64,000 nt of DNA from Takakia lepidozioides (Eukaryota; Plantae; Bryophyta), in the NCBI GenBank assembly GCA_030704615.1, contig CM060733.1:47244001-47308000 (forward strand), written 5' to 3'. Numbering within the stretch: position 1 is the first letter of the stretch; every line of letters starts with the position of its first letter. Both the position numbers and the translations under genes were made by a program. This document shows positions 47,068 through 62,000 of the stretch, piece by piece. The notes under the pieces are model-generated. The model saw only the letters and a program-made list of their open reading frames with translations, searched no databases and was not told the origin of the DNA.

Positions 47068-48138
47068 TCAGAAAAAAGAAAAAAGAGGAAAAATAGATAG
47101 TCTATCAAGGGCAACATGACAGGTCAACAATTTAGCTGTCCTAGATAAAGTAGGCCAATGATACCATATTTTGTGAACCATATCAAACACTATTGCTTCA
47201 GAACTAACTCCAAAAGGTGAAGTAAAAACCACCATATCGCCTTTCCGTTTGCAACAATAAAAACCCCCTTGTTTCATAGCTTTGAATTTTGTGTAAAGAA
47301 CATTTGGCATTCTCACAACCTTAATCCATTTTCTTTCGAATAGCTCAAGCTCCCAAATTTGAATACCCGTGTGACCATGATATAACTCTTCATCAAATAT
47401 TACTCCTTGTCTTTTTGCAAGTACACTCAAGTTGAAATACGTCTCTTTGGGCGTAGCTTCCAAATTGGCTTTAGGGGAGGTTGTGAAAGTATACTCACTC
47501 ACACTACCCACTAGATATAGATGTCCTCGCCACTCCATTAGATTTGGTGGTAATAATATATAATCTACATATGGAATGGGAACCATATCTGTTCGGTCAA
47601 CTTTTTGTACAAGTAGATTAAATGGAAACTGTTGATCGATTTGATACCATGATTCATTGCAATATACTATTTTCTTAGATGTGACAACAATAGGAGGGAG
47701 TGGGTCACCTAATAGGCGCCATCTTCCGCTTCTTGCATTGTATATCTCTAAAATTAGGTCATTACGAAGCATAGACCTTGCAATTTCTCCCATTACAATC
47801 ACTCTGTAGTCATTATCATCTAAAATGTAGAATCCTACGACCTTTGAGAGTTTAGTAAGCAAGGGGGGGAGTGTTATCCATGTTTTTGTTGTTGGATTGC
47901 AAACAAACAAAATGTCTAATGGACTTTTGCAAAGAATAAGACCACTAGATGATGCACAAATAGAGACTTTGCATGGCAAAAACATAAGTGAAATTGTACC
48001 CCACCTCTCTATAATTGGGTTGTAGGCTAACAATATGTGATCATATAGTCTAGGATTGTAAATAACCAGTGATGGCACCCACACCAACATTCGTTCTATT
48101 AAGTGTCTTGGAAGAGAACCCCACAATCTTTCATCCAT
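47068..48138 (-). CDS. Intronless F-box/kelch-like protein; F-box appears internally deleted
   Basis: MDERLWGSLPRHLIERMLVWVP F-box start; ICASSSGLIL...LFVCNPTTKTWITLPPL; EIYNARSGRW; LMEWRGHLYLVG; IWEL....WIKVVRMP. Lacks the usual R.VCK.W segment. Confidence 0.75.
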   Translation of the reverse strand: MDERLWGSLPRHLIERMLVWVPSLVIYNPRLYDHILLAYNPIIERWGTISLMFLPCKVSICASSSGLILCKSPLDILFVCNPTTKTWITLPPLLTKLSKVVGFYILDDNDYRVIVMGEIARSMLRNDLILEIYNARSGRWRLLGDPLPPIVVTSKKIVYCNESWYQIDQQFPFNLLVQKVDRTDMVPIPYVDYILLPPNLMEWRGHLYLVGSVSEYTFTTSPKANLEATPKETYFNLSVLAKRQGVIFDEELYHGHTGIQIWELELFERKWIKVVRMPNVLYTKFKAMKQGGFYCCKRKGDMVVFTSPFGVSSEAIVFDMVHKIWYHWPTLSRTAKLLTCHVALDRLSIFPLFSFF

Positions 48139-51100
48139 GTCTTTTTTATCACAACTTCGCAAAATTTGATCTTGTTTTCCTGAACACAAAAAGAATTTGT
48201 GACGGAATATGTCAATGAAGATTGTTGAGTGTTTGTTACACAATTTGTGTACATCCTTCTAAAGTATTTGATATTTTGGTAAGTAAACTTTATAAAGAAT
48301 TTATGAATGATTAAAATTTCTTTTTATGTCTCAACATGAATTCTTTGAAGCATTATTTTTGCAGCATTTTCCCATGGATCGTGAAGGTTTGAGGGCTATA
48401 CTAACTAATTGGGTTATTAGTTGTGATACATCTATCTTTTATATTTTCAAAATGTGCACACAATAAGTCGTCACTTCAAAGTTGGATTAGCAATTGATCA
48501 CCTTTTATTATTTGGATGGATATCTCATCGCTAAAATCTTATTTTTTTTTGATTTAACATAAATCTTAGATATTGACGTTTCATAATAGATATTCAATAA
48601 CTATAGTAATTGAAAATATTCAAAACATTCAGATTATAGGCTTTGAGAACTATGTTCATCAATGGTTGAAAAAGATATGTTCTAGCATCTTATTAAACTT
48701 TAGCTTAAGAAGTTGAACATAACGGGATAAATTGATAATGGTGGCATGTATGCATTACAAAAGTAGGGTTTATTTTTGTTACATAAAATAATTTAAATAC
48801 ATATTGATGATACCTTCTCGTCGTACTTGGCTATTGGGATTCTTAGACATGTCTTCAATGTCATCACGAATGGTATTCAATCCTTTCCTTTTTGTTGTTG
48901 TATTAGATGATGAAAGGAAAGGTAGGCAACTATGCATTTGGACCCATGTGTTTTGGAAAACGTTGCATCTTTTGGACATCTTTTACACTACTGTCCACAC
49001 TCATTTCCATTCTACATCGCTTGACATTTTTTCATTACTCATGTAGTTGCAATCAAATAATGACAGTAATAGGTGCAAAACTTTGCATTGTCTAACAGCA
49101 CATTTTTGCACTAGATACAAGATCATGCAACACACCTAATTTCCATTTTTCTCTTCTTGTATATTGCACATTTGCTCTCACAATTATTTCATAATATTAA
49201 TGTGTGTAACATCTTCATTCCCGTTGGATGTGTTTGTAAACGGACCCTGTGTATACAAAGGACTTTCTCATTTCTTACTGATATTGTAGTTTCCAGAGTC
49301 TTTATTGTGACAATCAACTAACTTAAAAGGTACTAATGTAACTCTAATATCGTCGGGGTGGTATCCCCATTGTAAGCCTCCACGGCCTCTAAGTGATTAT
49401 TTTTCCCACCTCCTGAAATACAATTCAGGCTCCAATCCCCGTTTGTTATTAGGAAAAAAACTTAAGTTTAGCTTATTGAATTTATCAATTGCACTTCGTG
49501 TTTAAAATAGTTGACAAGTTTATCGTTCACTCAGTTATTGAGATTATACATTTGTAATTATACAAATGTATTACAAAGGTCTAAAGCAAACATAAATTAT
49601 GGTGTTACTTCATCTCGAAGGCTACTCCTATCTTTTATATCTTTGGGGAGCCACAATCACGGCAAAACAATTTGCCATAATCTCCCCAAAGAACTTGAAA
49701 GTCCCATGTACCCATAAATTACGTACCTAGTTGATCCAACGAAGCCCCTTGTTGGGTTGGCCATATGGGCAACATCCAAATATACGCCTATGTATATGAC
49801 TTTCAACCACGCCCGTTTGTAAAGCAACCTTGCTGTAACCACCGGATGGCCATCTATTGAATTATACATTGTTAAGACGATGATGTATGTACATTGAGTT
49901 AACCCTTAACTTCCTACAGATAGAGTTTTTTTGCCCTTAAAATTTCCTACCCCTGGACAATATAATCCAGATAACCTACCTACCATAGTACATCCAAAAA
50001 TATGAACCTTAATAATCAGTTGCTACCTACCACATACATCCATATACCAAATTGCAAAGCACCACAAGCATTTCAAGATAATAGTTCTTTGGTGGGGTTG
50101 TTTTTTTGGGGGAATTTGAGAAACGTGCAATGTCACATTTGACCAAGAAATGGCACTAATGGGTTGATTTTTGCTGGGCCCGCCGCACCATGGCCATATC
50201 CTATTCCAAGGTATGCAAACATGCACAAAATTTCATGCCAAATTGCCAAAAGATGCTACATGCTCCTTTGTATGTGTTCTTTGGGATCTGGGGCAGAACA
50301 TAGAGTTTCTAACATTGACAGAAAATGTACATAAATCCAAGATTTTTTTTCCATCCGAGCCGTGAGAGAATGAGTTCCTATGATCTTCATCAGAATGTCA
50401 AATTTTTTTGGAAATCCAATGGTGAATTTTCCAAAATTTGAGGCCTAAACCAAGTGTTTTGGAGCTGCCTGGTGCAACACCGATAGAAAGTTGCCACGCA
50501 GGTGGTCAACCCTACCTTGCCCCCCCTCATTACCTAACCCAAGCGTTTTTGCAAAATTCTGTACATTAGGATTTCACTCCAAATGCTTTCAATTATGTTT
50601 TATTATGGAGATAGAACCTAAGTTAGAAAAATAAAATTAATTAAAAGAAAATGTAGCACTAACCAATTTATTAGCTGCAATATTGATCATTGCAGACCAT
50701 TGTAGGATGTTGTGCATTACTCTTTTCCTGAAAACTACTGGAGCGAGTATTTTGAATGAGTTTATAATCAGCAAATTCATTTCATAGTCATAAGCCCAAT
50801 CTAAAGGGTTTCAAAATCATTGTGTTAGATTCATCATTTATATAAATTGTGCCAACAATGCCAGCCTGCGGTTCACTTTCTTAACCCCTAAAGGACGAAG
50901 CACCCAAATTGGGTCGGTTAGGTTTAGAAAAGTGTCTGATTATCACTGGTGTTAAGCCTGATGTGGGCATGTTTAGGGCTCATTCGAGTCAGTTATGAGG
51001 TGGCATTTTCTAATTCGTCATTGGGCCTGGCTCCAGCCACGTGGAACATCTAGAGTCTGCCACACTCTTGGTTTTCAGCCCCATTTTGGGTAGCTAACCT

Positions 51101-54100
51101 GCCCTTATCCTACGTGTCAACTAGGGTCAGGGAGAAATTCCACGCACCCCCCATTTGTGCAGGGTGGCGCGTCTCCCAACACCCTTTATTATGCCCCCTC
51201 CACCCTAAAGCGCCCCCCATTCCTAAAAAGGCACCCCCCCAAAACTTACATACCTTAGGGCTACTGGCCAAAAAGTATAGGCAAACATAGGTGCACATGG
51301 AGAAGTCATGGGCAGGGAAAAAATCATATGAATGGAAGCTATGACTGGCGCGAAATATTTTGTGTTTACACAAACCTGCCCACTACAGTACAACCGGAGC
51401 GATTGACAATTCAACGGTTCAGATCTTTTCACCGAATTTTCTAATACAGTTTTGCGCTTGCCCTTTTGAAATTGGGAAATTTGACCCCCCAAATTAGCCA
51501 TACAAAGCAGCCCACATGAGAACATATCAGAAAAAGCTGAAATTTTCAGGACATGTGCCTTCCTGGCAGGGTACAAGATTCTGGTTTGTGTCATGTCAAA
51601 AAATTTCACAGCTGGGAAATTCGATAAGAAAAGCTGTGTTTTTTATCCCACTGTAAATAGGAAATTTGTTTTTGGCATGATGAGTTTATAATCAATAGAT
51701 TCAATTTAGCATCATAAGCCCGATCCAAAGGGCTTCAGAATCATTGTGGCAGCAATGGACGACCCTAATTACTCATCTTACAGCCAACGGTTACCTGTTA
51801 TGCACATGCAAGGTATTAAAAAAGACAAAAATTGTGTTACGTCCATGGGATCAGGTGGAGCACAAAGGGAAAGAAGAACTTTATAACATCCACATAGGGG
51901 CAATGAGACAAGTAGAACCTCAGGAAATAAATACAAATGAAATGGTACTCAGAAAACGAAACGTTGTGACGTCCACATGTACAAAAGAGAGAAACCGGGA
52001 AGAAGAGGTGGATGAAATTTTGGCCCACTTCCCTCTGCAATAGAGAAGTGGCACACCATAGAAGCTACGTGTGCTAAAAGAAACAAAGAGCAAGCATATT
52101 TTGATCTCAAAAAGTTCAGGCTACAACCAGAGTTGTCGGGTACATGTATTCTTTGCTAATATGGACTTCCAGTCCAAGTCTAAGGAGTCATCTGCGGCCC
52201 AACAATGTATACCCAAAACCAGCAGCAATCGCTCAATGCTACTGTATGTCCTGTTCGTTACTCCATCATTACTCCAATGTCCATGGGCTCAACTAGTTCA
52301 TCCACATCTTTGTCTTGATCTTGATGTTTCTCCACCGTCTCATCTATCCCCTCCGCATTGAGGACAACACAACTGGGCGTCACAAGAGAGCTCGAGTTCC
52401 AAATTTAAAAACTCAACTGAAGTTCTGAATCTGAAGCACCAATCGCTCGCCTCTAGGTTTGTAGCATCTGCAGCTCCGAACTCTCAGGCTAGAGCATCCC
52501 CCTCTAGTGGGCCTTTCTGCCTCCCCTCATTGTCTCTCCTGTTTCCCGGTTCTAAAGCAGCTTACATTGTTCCTAGAGCTCCATTGCAAAACTGGCTCAA
52601 GAGCTGCAGCAGGGTTTCCTCTGCCTTGTTTGTTCTTATGCCATGTTCTACCCCCCCCCTCTTAGCATTTCAATTCCCTTCAAACACTCAAAAAACCCCC
52701 TCTGATCTCTCCTTCGTCTCTATTAGCTGAATTGCGACAGTCACGGGGAAGTTTCCCCCCAGTAAGTCCTCACGGCCTCTATAGTGGTTATTTTTTCCAC
52801 TGATATGACTCTACTTTTATTTAATTTGATTAAAAGGCCCCTATCCCCTTTTATTTTAAAAAAAAAAAAAAAACAACGAGACAACCTCCCTGCCATGCAT
52901 CCATCCCATAGTAAATTTGGATAAACTTTTATCGCAGGGTTGGAAAGAAAATGGATATGGTTGTCCACGAGGGTCATCCATGTCATGTAAAGGCCATCAT
53001 ACCATCCATCCCGCCATGCACTGCATGCAACCCACACCGACGCATCATTAACTGTAGCCCACATTCGAAATTATTTTCAAATCTCTTCACGTTAAGTTTT
53101 TGTTATCGGATTCAAACTTGCAACGGCTATCTTTCTGAGCCATTCAGGACCGCTGGATGTAAGATCCGAGGGTGGAAAGCTCGGCCCTAACCACTAATAC
53201 GAGATTAATTAAGATAATTAGCGTATTAAGGAGAGATTAATCGAGTAAGTGAGGGTCCCGCACGTGTGGCCGTGTGTGTGCGTCTCTTCCCGCTTCTGAC
53301 GACCTGCTCGCTCTCTCGCTGGCTGTGCTCGTTCCATCTTCTTTCTCTTTGTTGTTGTCCGTGTGACGGGCGTGGTGGCTCAGGTGTTTTGTATGTATCT
53401 CATCATCGTGAAAGGTATCGTGAATTCATCTTTTTGTTTGCTCGACTGTGATTGTCACCTCATGTGTTGGAGTTGCCCTTTTGTCGGGATAAATCGAATG
53501 TTTTCGAGCCCAAGATGTTGCCAGGATTGAGTTGTCGTGGAGTTGAGTCGTTGTAGAGCCAATAGGACGAGACTAATCTCTTCATCTTCGTCCTCTTCTT
53601 CTTCTCTCTCTCTCTCTCCTCTCCCCCCACCTCTGGGATGCCATCCAGTTTAGTATCGGTAAGTTCCCCGGATCCAAATTTCTTCAGAGAAATCATCTGT
53701 CTCGTTTCAGCTCCAGTCTTTGGTACGCAGTGAATTTATTAGCTTGTTTTTCACTTCTCAGCGTAAAGAGGGGCGTACAACAGACAAATCAGTCTAGGAC
53801 ATACATTTGTGAAGAGAGTACAAGTTTGTATAAAGTGATTCGAACGGGATGACATGACCTCTTCTAGTGCTTCACTGCCGAACTGAGTCTCCTTGCTGAT
53901 ACACATATTTCACCCAGTCTGCAAGACAAATGTAGCGGCTATAGTCTTACCTTGTGCTTGTTTATCTTGAATATTGTTAGCTGGTTTCTTTTTTTGAGCA
54001 TTACTGGATCCTCTCTTCGGCTCAGAGAGGGGTTAAATTAGTTGAGTCGACGAATTTTCGGTGTGTTAGGACATACAGGGGACCACGAGGACAGAGAGTG

Positions 54101-54297
54101 CCAATGGATAGCTATATTCAAGGGGCTGAGGGGAAGGAGATTATCTATATCCAAGTTAGTAGGATCACAGATCAAGAGGTAGCAGGCTATTGACACTGTA
54201 TTTCTGTAACAAAGACAAACTCTGCAAAGTCTACTTACTCCGCAACACCCTATCACAAGCAGGATTGCAGATCTGCAGAGCGACACGGTAAGCAGAG

Positions 54298-57200
54298 ATG
54301 GGAGCAGTGGCAGGTTATGCACAATTCAAACTGGCGCCACAATTGGATGAATACATAGAAGAATCCATCTTCGACATGTTGGGAGGCACAACCTCCCAGG
54401 AACATCTGCAGCAAAAGCTTGCAGAAGCAGAGGATACTCAGCGACAGCTCCAGTTGCAAGTACACCACCTCAATCGGCGCCTCCATGAACTGGAGTACAA
54501 GTATACCAAATCCAAGGCATGATTCGTGCACGCTCTCTGGTCCTCCTTCCCCCTTTCAATGACCCTATGATGCAAGAGCTCCTGGAGTAATGTGGAAGTC
54601 AGAAGTAATATGAGGATGTGTTGGGATGGCAGGAGGAGGCATCTTTAATTTCCCAAGCCTTAAAGCGGCAGGTTGCAGATGGCCAGAGAGTGGCCGAGCA
54701 CTGTCAGGCACTAACACAAGAGTGTGCGCGGCTGGAAAATGAATGTATTCTGTACCACAATGACCGGGAAGTCTTTATGGAGGTTGCAGAGAACGCTGAT
54801 GATCGTGCGGCCATGGCAGATGAAAGGGCTGCTAAAGCTGAGGAAATTGCCCAAATTTTGCTCTTGGAATTGGAGTCGCTGAAGCGGTTCAAAGCACAGG
54901 ACCGCTACATAAAACTGGAGGTATTGTGTGTCCACATCTATTTAGTAGGTCACTTGTATCGGTTGTCTCCCTTGAACACTCTTAGTAATCACGCATCTCT
55001 CTTGTCACAACTTTTTCCACATCATTTTCGGGGCTGTTGGGACTCCAAGATTTAGCTTGCACAATCTCCACATCCAGAGAGGCTGATTGAGTAACACACT
55101 GCAGGAGAATAGGATCTGTCCAACTTGTACCAATGCAAGAAGTAGACAGCATCCTCTTGTCTCTTTTGCCCCGTGTACAGTGAATTGAAGGTAGATACAA
55201 TTGTCCCGTCTAAGAATGCACTTTACTGACAGGGCATCTAGACTTAAGACCAGAAATGCTTACAGCTTACCTTCACGAGGCCTCCCTTCTCCTGTATGAA
55301 TTTCTTCACTGGAGAATTGTTGATATGCATGACTCTTTGATTCAGATGGTTGACGCAGAGGATGTGACTCCCTTCAGACTACAGCAGGCTAAAATGGAGG
55401 CAAATTACCAAAGGTAGACAAGTACTACTTGGCTATGGTATTTTCCCCTTGCCCTGTATACAGCCACATTGCACATTTTGTGAATCTCTAACCCTTGCAC
55501 ATGAGCTCCCACGAAGAACATACCTCAAGCTTTCCCGACTCTCAGCAACCTCATTATATGTACTATTGAAGAGTTAATTGGGTCCACATCACCATTGTGC
55601 TGAAATGAGGGGGCAAGTCAGCTTGCAGGAGGAGATGGTGACTGTCAGCAAGGCTGTTGAAAATGTGGAAGTGATTTGTGCAAACAGGCAACTGGAAGAG
55701 CACAGCACTGTGAAGCATACTCTAGTTACTACTTCCAACCTGGTAATTTCTTGTGTCCAAACTCTGCTGAATACCACATGCTGAATAACCAGAGTTGTAC
55801 TCTGTGGCCGTTCCCTGTGAACCCACCAGGGGGTATAAAACCTGTAGTTGATGGTAGATTGTGGTCAAAGTTGCCATGAAATTAAAATGCTGACCGATCA
55901 CATGCACAGGGATACTCTCATTATAGACACACTGTGTATGTGTTAGAGGAACAGGCTAGGTCTAAGCACAAATATATGAGTACAGTTAACTGTGGAATGT
56001 CAGCAGTGGAGATTGTAGTACTTTTTACGGGCCCTTGTCTTTTCATGACGACAGCGGTAATCTGGAGATTTGTGCTGATCCTCACATGTTGGGTGCCTGT
56101 GGTGGGCATAGCGGTATGAGGAATTGTTGGCAGAGATAAGGAAAATGGAAGAAGCATGTGAAAAGATGCAAGTTATGCACAAGGATGAGTTGACAGTTCA
56201 CACAATGGTATCATCGGCAATAGCAGCTGGTATATGTAAGGCAATAGAAGAGGAGCGAGATGATGCCCTCAAGTCCCTTAACTTGCAGTTCAAGGCCATC
56301 CTCAAGCCTATGAAAGCAGAAATGGGATCACATCGTCAAAGGTACTTTGTTGTTGCTCTTCTCTCCTTTCAGGTCAGTCAGCAGTATTATAGTTTTAACT
56401 GCATGTGTGTCGAGGCATATATATGTATAGGGAGGCTTGATTTGACTAGAAGGTTCTGTCTTAGTGTGTGGGCTTTTGTTGGATGGTCCTGGTGCATATT
56501 TGCCAGTCTAAGATACACTAGATCAGTGATAATAAATTCAACAGAATGACTACAAACATCACAACTTGTATTCAAAGGTTATACACTATATGTTGGTTTG
56601 TCAGTTGTCGGGTACGACCAGATTGAAAAGATGAAACAACCTGTTTCTGAGAGGGTTCTGTGATGCAGTACAGGAGTGCCAGGATCTGAGGGTGATAAGG
56701 TAGTTCAACTAGTTTGTTTCTGTTTGAAAGCTATTTTTACTGGACAGTGTCACCAACATTCATCTCCACAACTTATTGTTGACTAAGGTTGTTGGGGCAT
56801 TGGACACAGGGTGAAGGTGGCAGAAAAAAAGTTGACAGCATTGCTTATGGAGGTACAGGCCCTGAGGCAAGAAGCTATAGTATGTAAGAGCAATCTCGAC
56901 AAAGCTGATGATAAGGTATCTCAAAATTCCTGCCAGCTTGTGTCTGCACAAGCCAAATTACTCTTCAGTCCAAAGTTGTGTTGTCAATCAGTCCCTGAAA
57001 TTGTTTGCTATGATTTGCTGAAAGTCATGATCCCTTGGATGCAAACCCTCCTAGCACTTGATGTTGGTTTGGAACCCCGAGGATATAACCTGAGCCTGAA
57101 ATTGTCGGAATTCTCATGCACAATCAACAGCGATGATCGGGATGTTATTTGATATAGAAAAAAGATTGGACGAAATTCCAGTTTGTACTAATTCTTGTTC

Positions 57201-57776
57201 AATTATTTTCAACTAGTAAGTCATAAAGAGATTCGTGTCCATCATAAAATGGTCAATTGGTTGTTAATGTAAGGGCAAAACATGAGGGCATAATGTCGCG
57301 GCCAGCATTGCTAGGTGGACCAAATCTATGACTGTTGGACAAAATTTAACTTGTTTGAGAAATGGGATACTAAGTGGTGTCCCAGTGGGCAGCAGGCCCT
57401 GAATGATCCTGCAGTTCACTTACAGGATGATATTGGCGAACAGGAGTCCAGATCAGAATCTAGACTCGATCAAGCTGTAATTATCATCGCCCTGAGATCA
57501 AAACACAACAATAGAGGAAGAGCAAATCAACAGTTCGATCATTTGTAGCCTACACAAAGCTTGGTGTCTTGTTTTCCAGACTTCCTTCAAGCAAGCTCAT
57601 GGAGCACCTACCTGAAACAAAACATCAGGGTATTACACAGAATCTTCACCCATTACTACATAGATTTCATTGCAGGTGCAGTTGTTGGATGATGAAAATA
57701 AGGAGCTACGGTCCATGTTGAGGGCAAACTGTGCCATGTGCTTGGGTCACAGTCGTTCCCCCTTGCCAACGAAAGG
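54298..57776 (+). CDS. Multi-exon plant coiled-coil protein of unknown function
   Basis: Exons 54298-54516, 54633-54920, 55346-55413, about 56112-56341, about 56810-56915 and about 57676-57776; internal structure incomplete. YIEESI...LG...L..KL..AE..QR.L and ECILYHNDREVFME..ADDRA match a conserved plant family recalled from memory. CT-rich 5' leader at about 53280-53700. Confidence 0.75.
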
Positions 57777-59078
57777 AGTAAGGTTTACAACCACTCTACA
57801 TGCCTGGCACAAGTGCCCTCAAGCCTTCGGTGTGTACTCTTTACACATTCATTATCACAATAGATGGGTGTGTTCTTATGTTGTTTCGGATTATAGATGA
57901 GAAAACACTAGAACAGAAAATGAGACAAGGCAGGCAGACAAGCCAGTAGCGGATCAAGATTGTAGTTGCTGCAGCCTTGTGCCTGCTATACAGGGCACAG
58001 TGTATAGTACTGTTCATCGCCTAGTTGAACGCATAGCTTCCATTGTGTTCAAGATCTTGCATGGAGATATATGTAAGAAAGAGAAGGAAAACATGGAAAC
58101 CATTTATTAACGTCTGTGGGCATTAGGCAGTGCATTAGATCGAGTGTCTAATTTTGGGGGAGCAGAAAACAGAGGAAGATTTTGTTGATTGTTCTAAGAG
58201 GAATACCAAGCATTTGGTCACCATGTTTGATTTGTGGGTTATTTTTGTTAACAGAATAAGGGCATCAGCATGACCCCTTGGAAAACTGCAAGACAAATGG
58301 TGACATGGACAGGAGAACTCACCAGCAACAGCAAGGAACCCCCTTGCACCCCTGTGAATGAACTGCAGTTTGGATTGCACCACAGCTAGCATCTTACTGT
58401 CAGTGGTGCTTGTAACAGCCATAGCCAGTCTTGTAGTTGTCTTGTTTGAATCATGGGAATTAAACCCACAGGTCTCGGACTTTGGTTTAGTGGTTTAAAC
58501 CACATTCTTGTAAGATGTAGTTTCTACCCGTTTCGCTGCAGGCCAACTTTGTCAGCTGAAAATGGGGTTAGTCCAGTCTAGATTTGTGTCACAACTGTAC
58601 AGAGGTCAACTTGCATCTCTCCCATTTCAGGAACCCAAGAAGAGACCGCCTATATGGAATGACAGCTTTTGCTGTGTACAGTGTGTTGTCATTCGATATG
58701 AAGAGATCCTCAGGGATTTTGTTCTGTGTTACCCATGATGACGCAGGTCTACTGCCCTGAAATTTTTTCTCTACCAACTGTTCAAGGGAATCCCATTCCC
58801 TGTGTGGTGGGATGGGTTAGTACAATGGAAGGGATGAGGACGGTACGCAAGGGCTCAAAAATGTATCTCCTCTTGATGGGGGTGGTGATTGTGAACTCCG
58901 TTGGTCGACGTCTCATTCAGTCAACTCCCGCACAGTGCATACAGGTAACCTAATGCCCAATCCTGCCTTTTGCATCAACGATCTGGTGTTCTCCAGCTCC
59001 TCTTTGAGTGCCTGCCATATGGAAATTGCTTTCACCTCTTCCATGAGAGTGTTTTGATGGGCAATGAAAACCATTCCT

Positions 59079-62000
59079 TCACTGAAAGACAAGCGAGACT
59101 TTACTGTTGTATACATACGAGAAGAAGAATGCCTCTGGCTGGAGTAGGCTGGACTTGTAGTGCTTTTCTGGATCACTTTGTCCATCTTGTACCTGGTGGT
59201 CCTTCTCAAGCAACTCATGCTTGCTAAGGAAGATGGTCGCGCGTGCCTCCAACATTTGTCGCTCTGCCTCCCAAACCTGGCGCTCCCCGTGCACTTTGTT
59301 TTCAACTGACTGCAGAACACAGGCAATCTCTATGACAAGGATCAATCCTCCGGACGTGAGCTTCCGCCTGTCATGTGTGGTGCTATGCTGGTAACTACAT
59401 CATAACTGAAGGCGCCAATCAAACCCCAAAGTGAATTTCTTGACATTTGGCAGTGTATGCAAGAGTTGTTTGATTAGTTTGTTCAAGAATAATCTCTTGT
59501 TGAGTATAGTGTTGATTGACGCAGTGACATAAGTTAATCCCTCCAGAGATCGCTTGATTTTGGAAGCCAGATGATAGAAGAAGACAGACGCAGGAGGAAG
59601 CTACATAGCTGTTGGCCTCCCTGATCGAGTGGCGCAAGCATCTTCTAGACAGTAACATTGTATGGTGCAACAACCCATGAATTTATGCTCATATGTCCTG
59701 TCCAACTCAAGACCCCTAGGAGCCCTCTTTAGCAATTTGTTCATTGCATAAGATCTGGCCCACCTTAAGGAAAGCCTCCAACATGGGGTAAAAGTTAGTA
59801 ATTGAATCACTGGGCATCTGTTGGAAGCTCAGATTACCCACCCCATTGTACAGACCCATTCGCTCATTAGATACTAGAGTAAAAGAGAGCAGAATGTGGG
59901 CTGCACTGATCACAGGCCCTCTCTCGAGCTTTGTTTGTAAGTTCAGAGTAGTAATTCACTGAGGGACTGTTGTGTGGACATATGAAGCTCAGGGTACTCT
60001 TGATGGGTGGGTTTAAAAAATTCGGGTTATAGGAAGAAACTGATTTACTGAGTATGTATCATTAGTATGTAAGAAGTTTACCTGCTTTTCAGTATCCCAA
60101 GCTGCGATCATTTCACGCAGTTTGCGTTTCAGGTTGCGGTTAGTTTGCTTGTAATATACATTGTCTTTGTCCAGGGCCTCTATCTTTTGATTCACTTGGT
60201 GAGGTGCCTTCTCTTCAAATTCTTCTTTTGACCCCGCTGTTTCAGAGTCTTGCAGTTGGAAGTCGGCAAGTGTTTTGATTATCATGTTGTCTGACCTGCG
60301 CAGATCCATTTCACCATGTTTTGGGTACAGTATAGGTCCAACTTTTTGGCCAGTAAGAATGAAAAGGTCTATTAGCGGGTTGACGCTGCAATAGGAATGT
60401 TTCAGAGGACTCTTGGAATTATTTAGTCACAGGTTTTCATAGCTACTGATTGTTGCACTAAAGAACAGTTGTAACATAAGTATCTGTATAGTCCAAAAAA
60501 GCTGCAATGCCTGCACCCACATAATTGCACACTGATCAGTATTTGGGTAGTGTCATCTCTACCATAAACACCTGCCCATTATGAGTTCAAACAGAGGAAG
60601 TGAGGCATTCTGGGTCTGTCCCCATGAACGCGGGTATGACTTACCCTTGAGGGCATGGTCGCTGTGGGGTACACAGTTTGTTTATACCCACAGCACACAC
60701 CTGAATGAAAGTGAGTCAACCTTCAGGTGAACTGACCTTTCTGGTACTGGAGTTGTGGACACAGTCTCGACCTGCTTCAACAAGTACTGGACATTCTTTG
60801 CATGTTGTGTTTGTAGCTCCGTCAACCTGTTAAATGCCGACATAATCACAATTAAAATGTTCTACAGAAATACTGTGCATCTGAACTTGTAACACCCTGA
60901 CCCCAACTAACTCTCCTGGGAGTCTCCTGTTGAAGGCCACACACTCTTCGAAGAATGCACACTCCTATTTGCTTGCAGGCTATATGTTATACCTGCGATC
61001 AAACTCCAACTCTTTCAAGCGGGAGTTACGCTCCACCTCATCCAGTGCTTGTGCTTTCTCTTTCAGCTGCATCTCCAAGTTGGCCACTCTCTTAGCGTCT
61101 TGCCGTTGCTTCTCCTTCACCTCCACAAACTTTTCCAAATACTTGCGCAGTATAACCTTTGCATCCTGTGCTGCTATAATGTCCAGCTGTGTATTCATTT
61201 CATCCCTGCATTCAAAATGCAGCTGAAGATCTGTGAAGCGGGAGGAAAGAACGCACCTAAAAGTGGAGGAGGGACAGAGGCATTAGACTTTACTTTTGTG
61301 ACCACCAGTCCCATGTCCTCATTGGATGAGGAGTGGGCAAGGGTGAGGAGGACGGTACGGGACCACCATGGAATACTGGGATGCTGGGATCCACCTTTCA
61401 GATGAGCAATTTCACCCCAGGATCATGTCTATCTTTCCTCCTTGTGAGCTTGTGGCAAGGTTTGGGAAATGGACACGGGTTCCTCAGGTCCACAGGTTCC
61501 TCTTTCTCCAAGCTGGGTCTACACACTATTCACAAGAGGTAAGCAGTCCGCTGTTTGGGAAAGCTGGGATAGAACACAGAAATTAAACGATACTTTATAA
61601 CGTCTACATGAAACAAGAAAGAGAGGGGCCCTCCACAAGCAGCCCAAAAACAACTATTGTTCAAGGGAATTTCTCAGAGCCAACGCCTCATGCAGATATC
61701 CTGCTAAGCACTTCTGATCTCATAATGGAAGACGTCTCTGAGAGATTGGGTATCTCCGAATAGACAATAGAATCTCCAATGATCTCATAGTAGAGAGGAC
61801 AGTGAAAGAAGAACTGTTCTTCGCTTTTGATTTCCCTGCTGTTCTTTCCAGCGTCAGCAGGGTACAGGCGGTCCTCAAGTCTCAGGTTGTCCCACCTACC
61901 TGTCTCTCTCTGCAGACTGGGGGAGCCCACCCTAAGCCACCCCCATGCTTTCAGAAGAGAGGGGGATGAGCTGCAGACAGGTAATTGGGAAAGACGAAAA

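Noticed and set aside
48700-52810. Old TE debris: short ORFs, a roughly 70-bp direct repeat (about 50755-50825 and 51680-51748), and a motif shared by about 49365-49410 and 52755-52800
   Set aside because: Too degenerate to define boundaries, TSDs or family.
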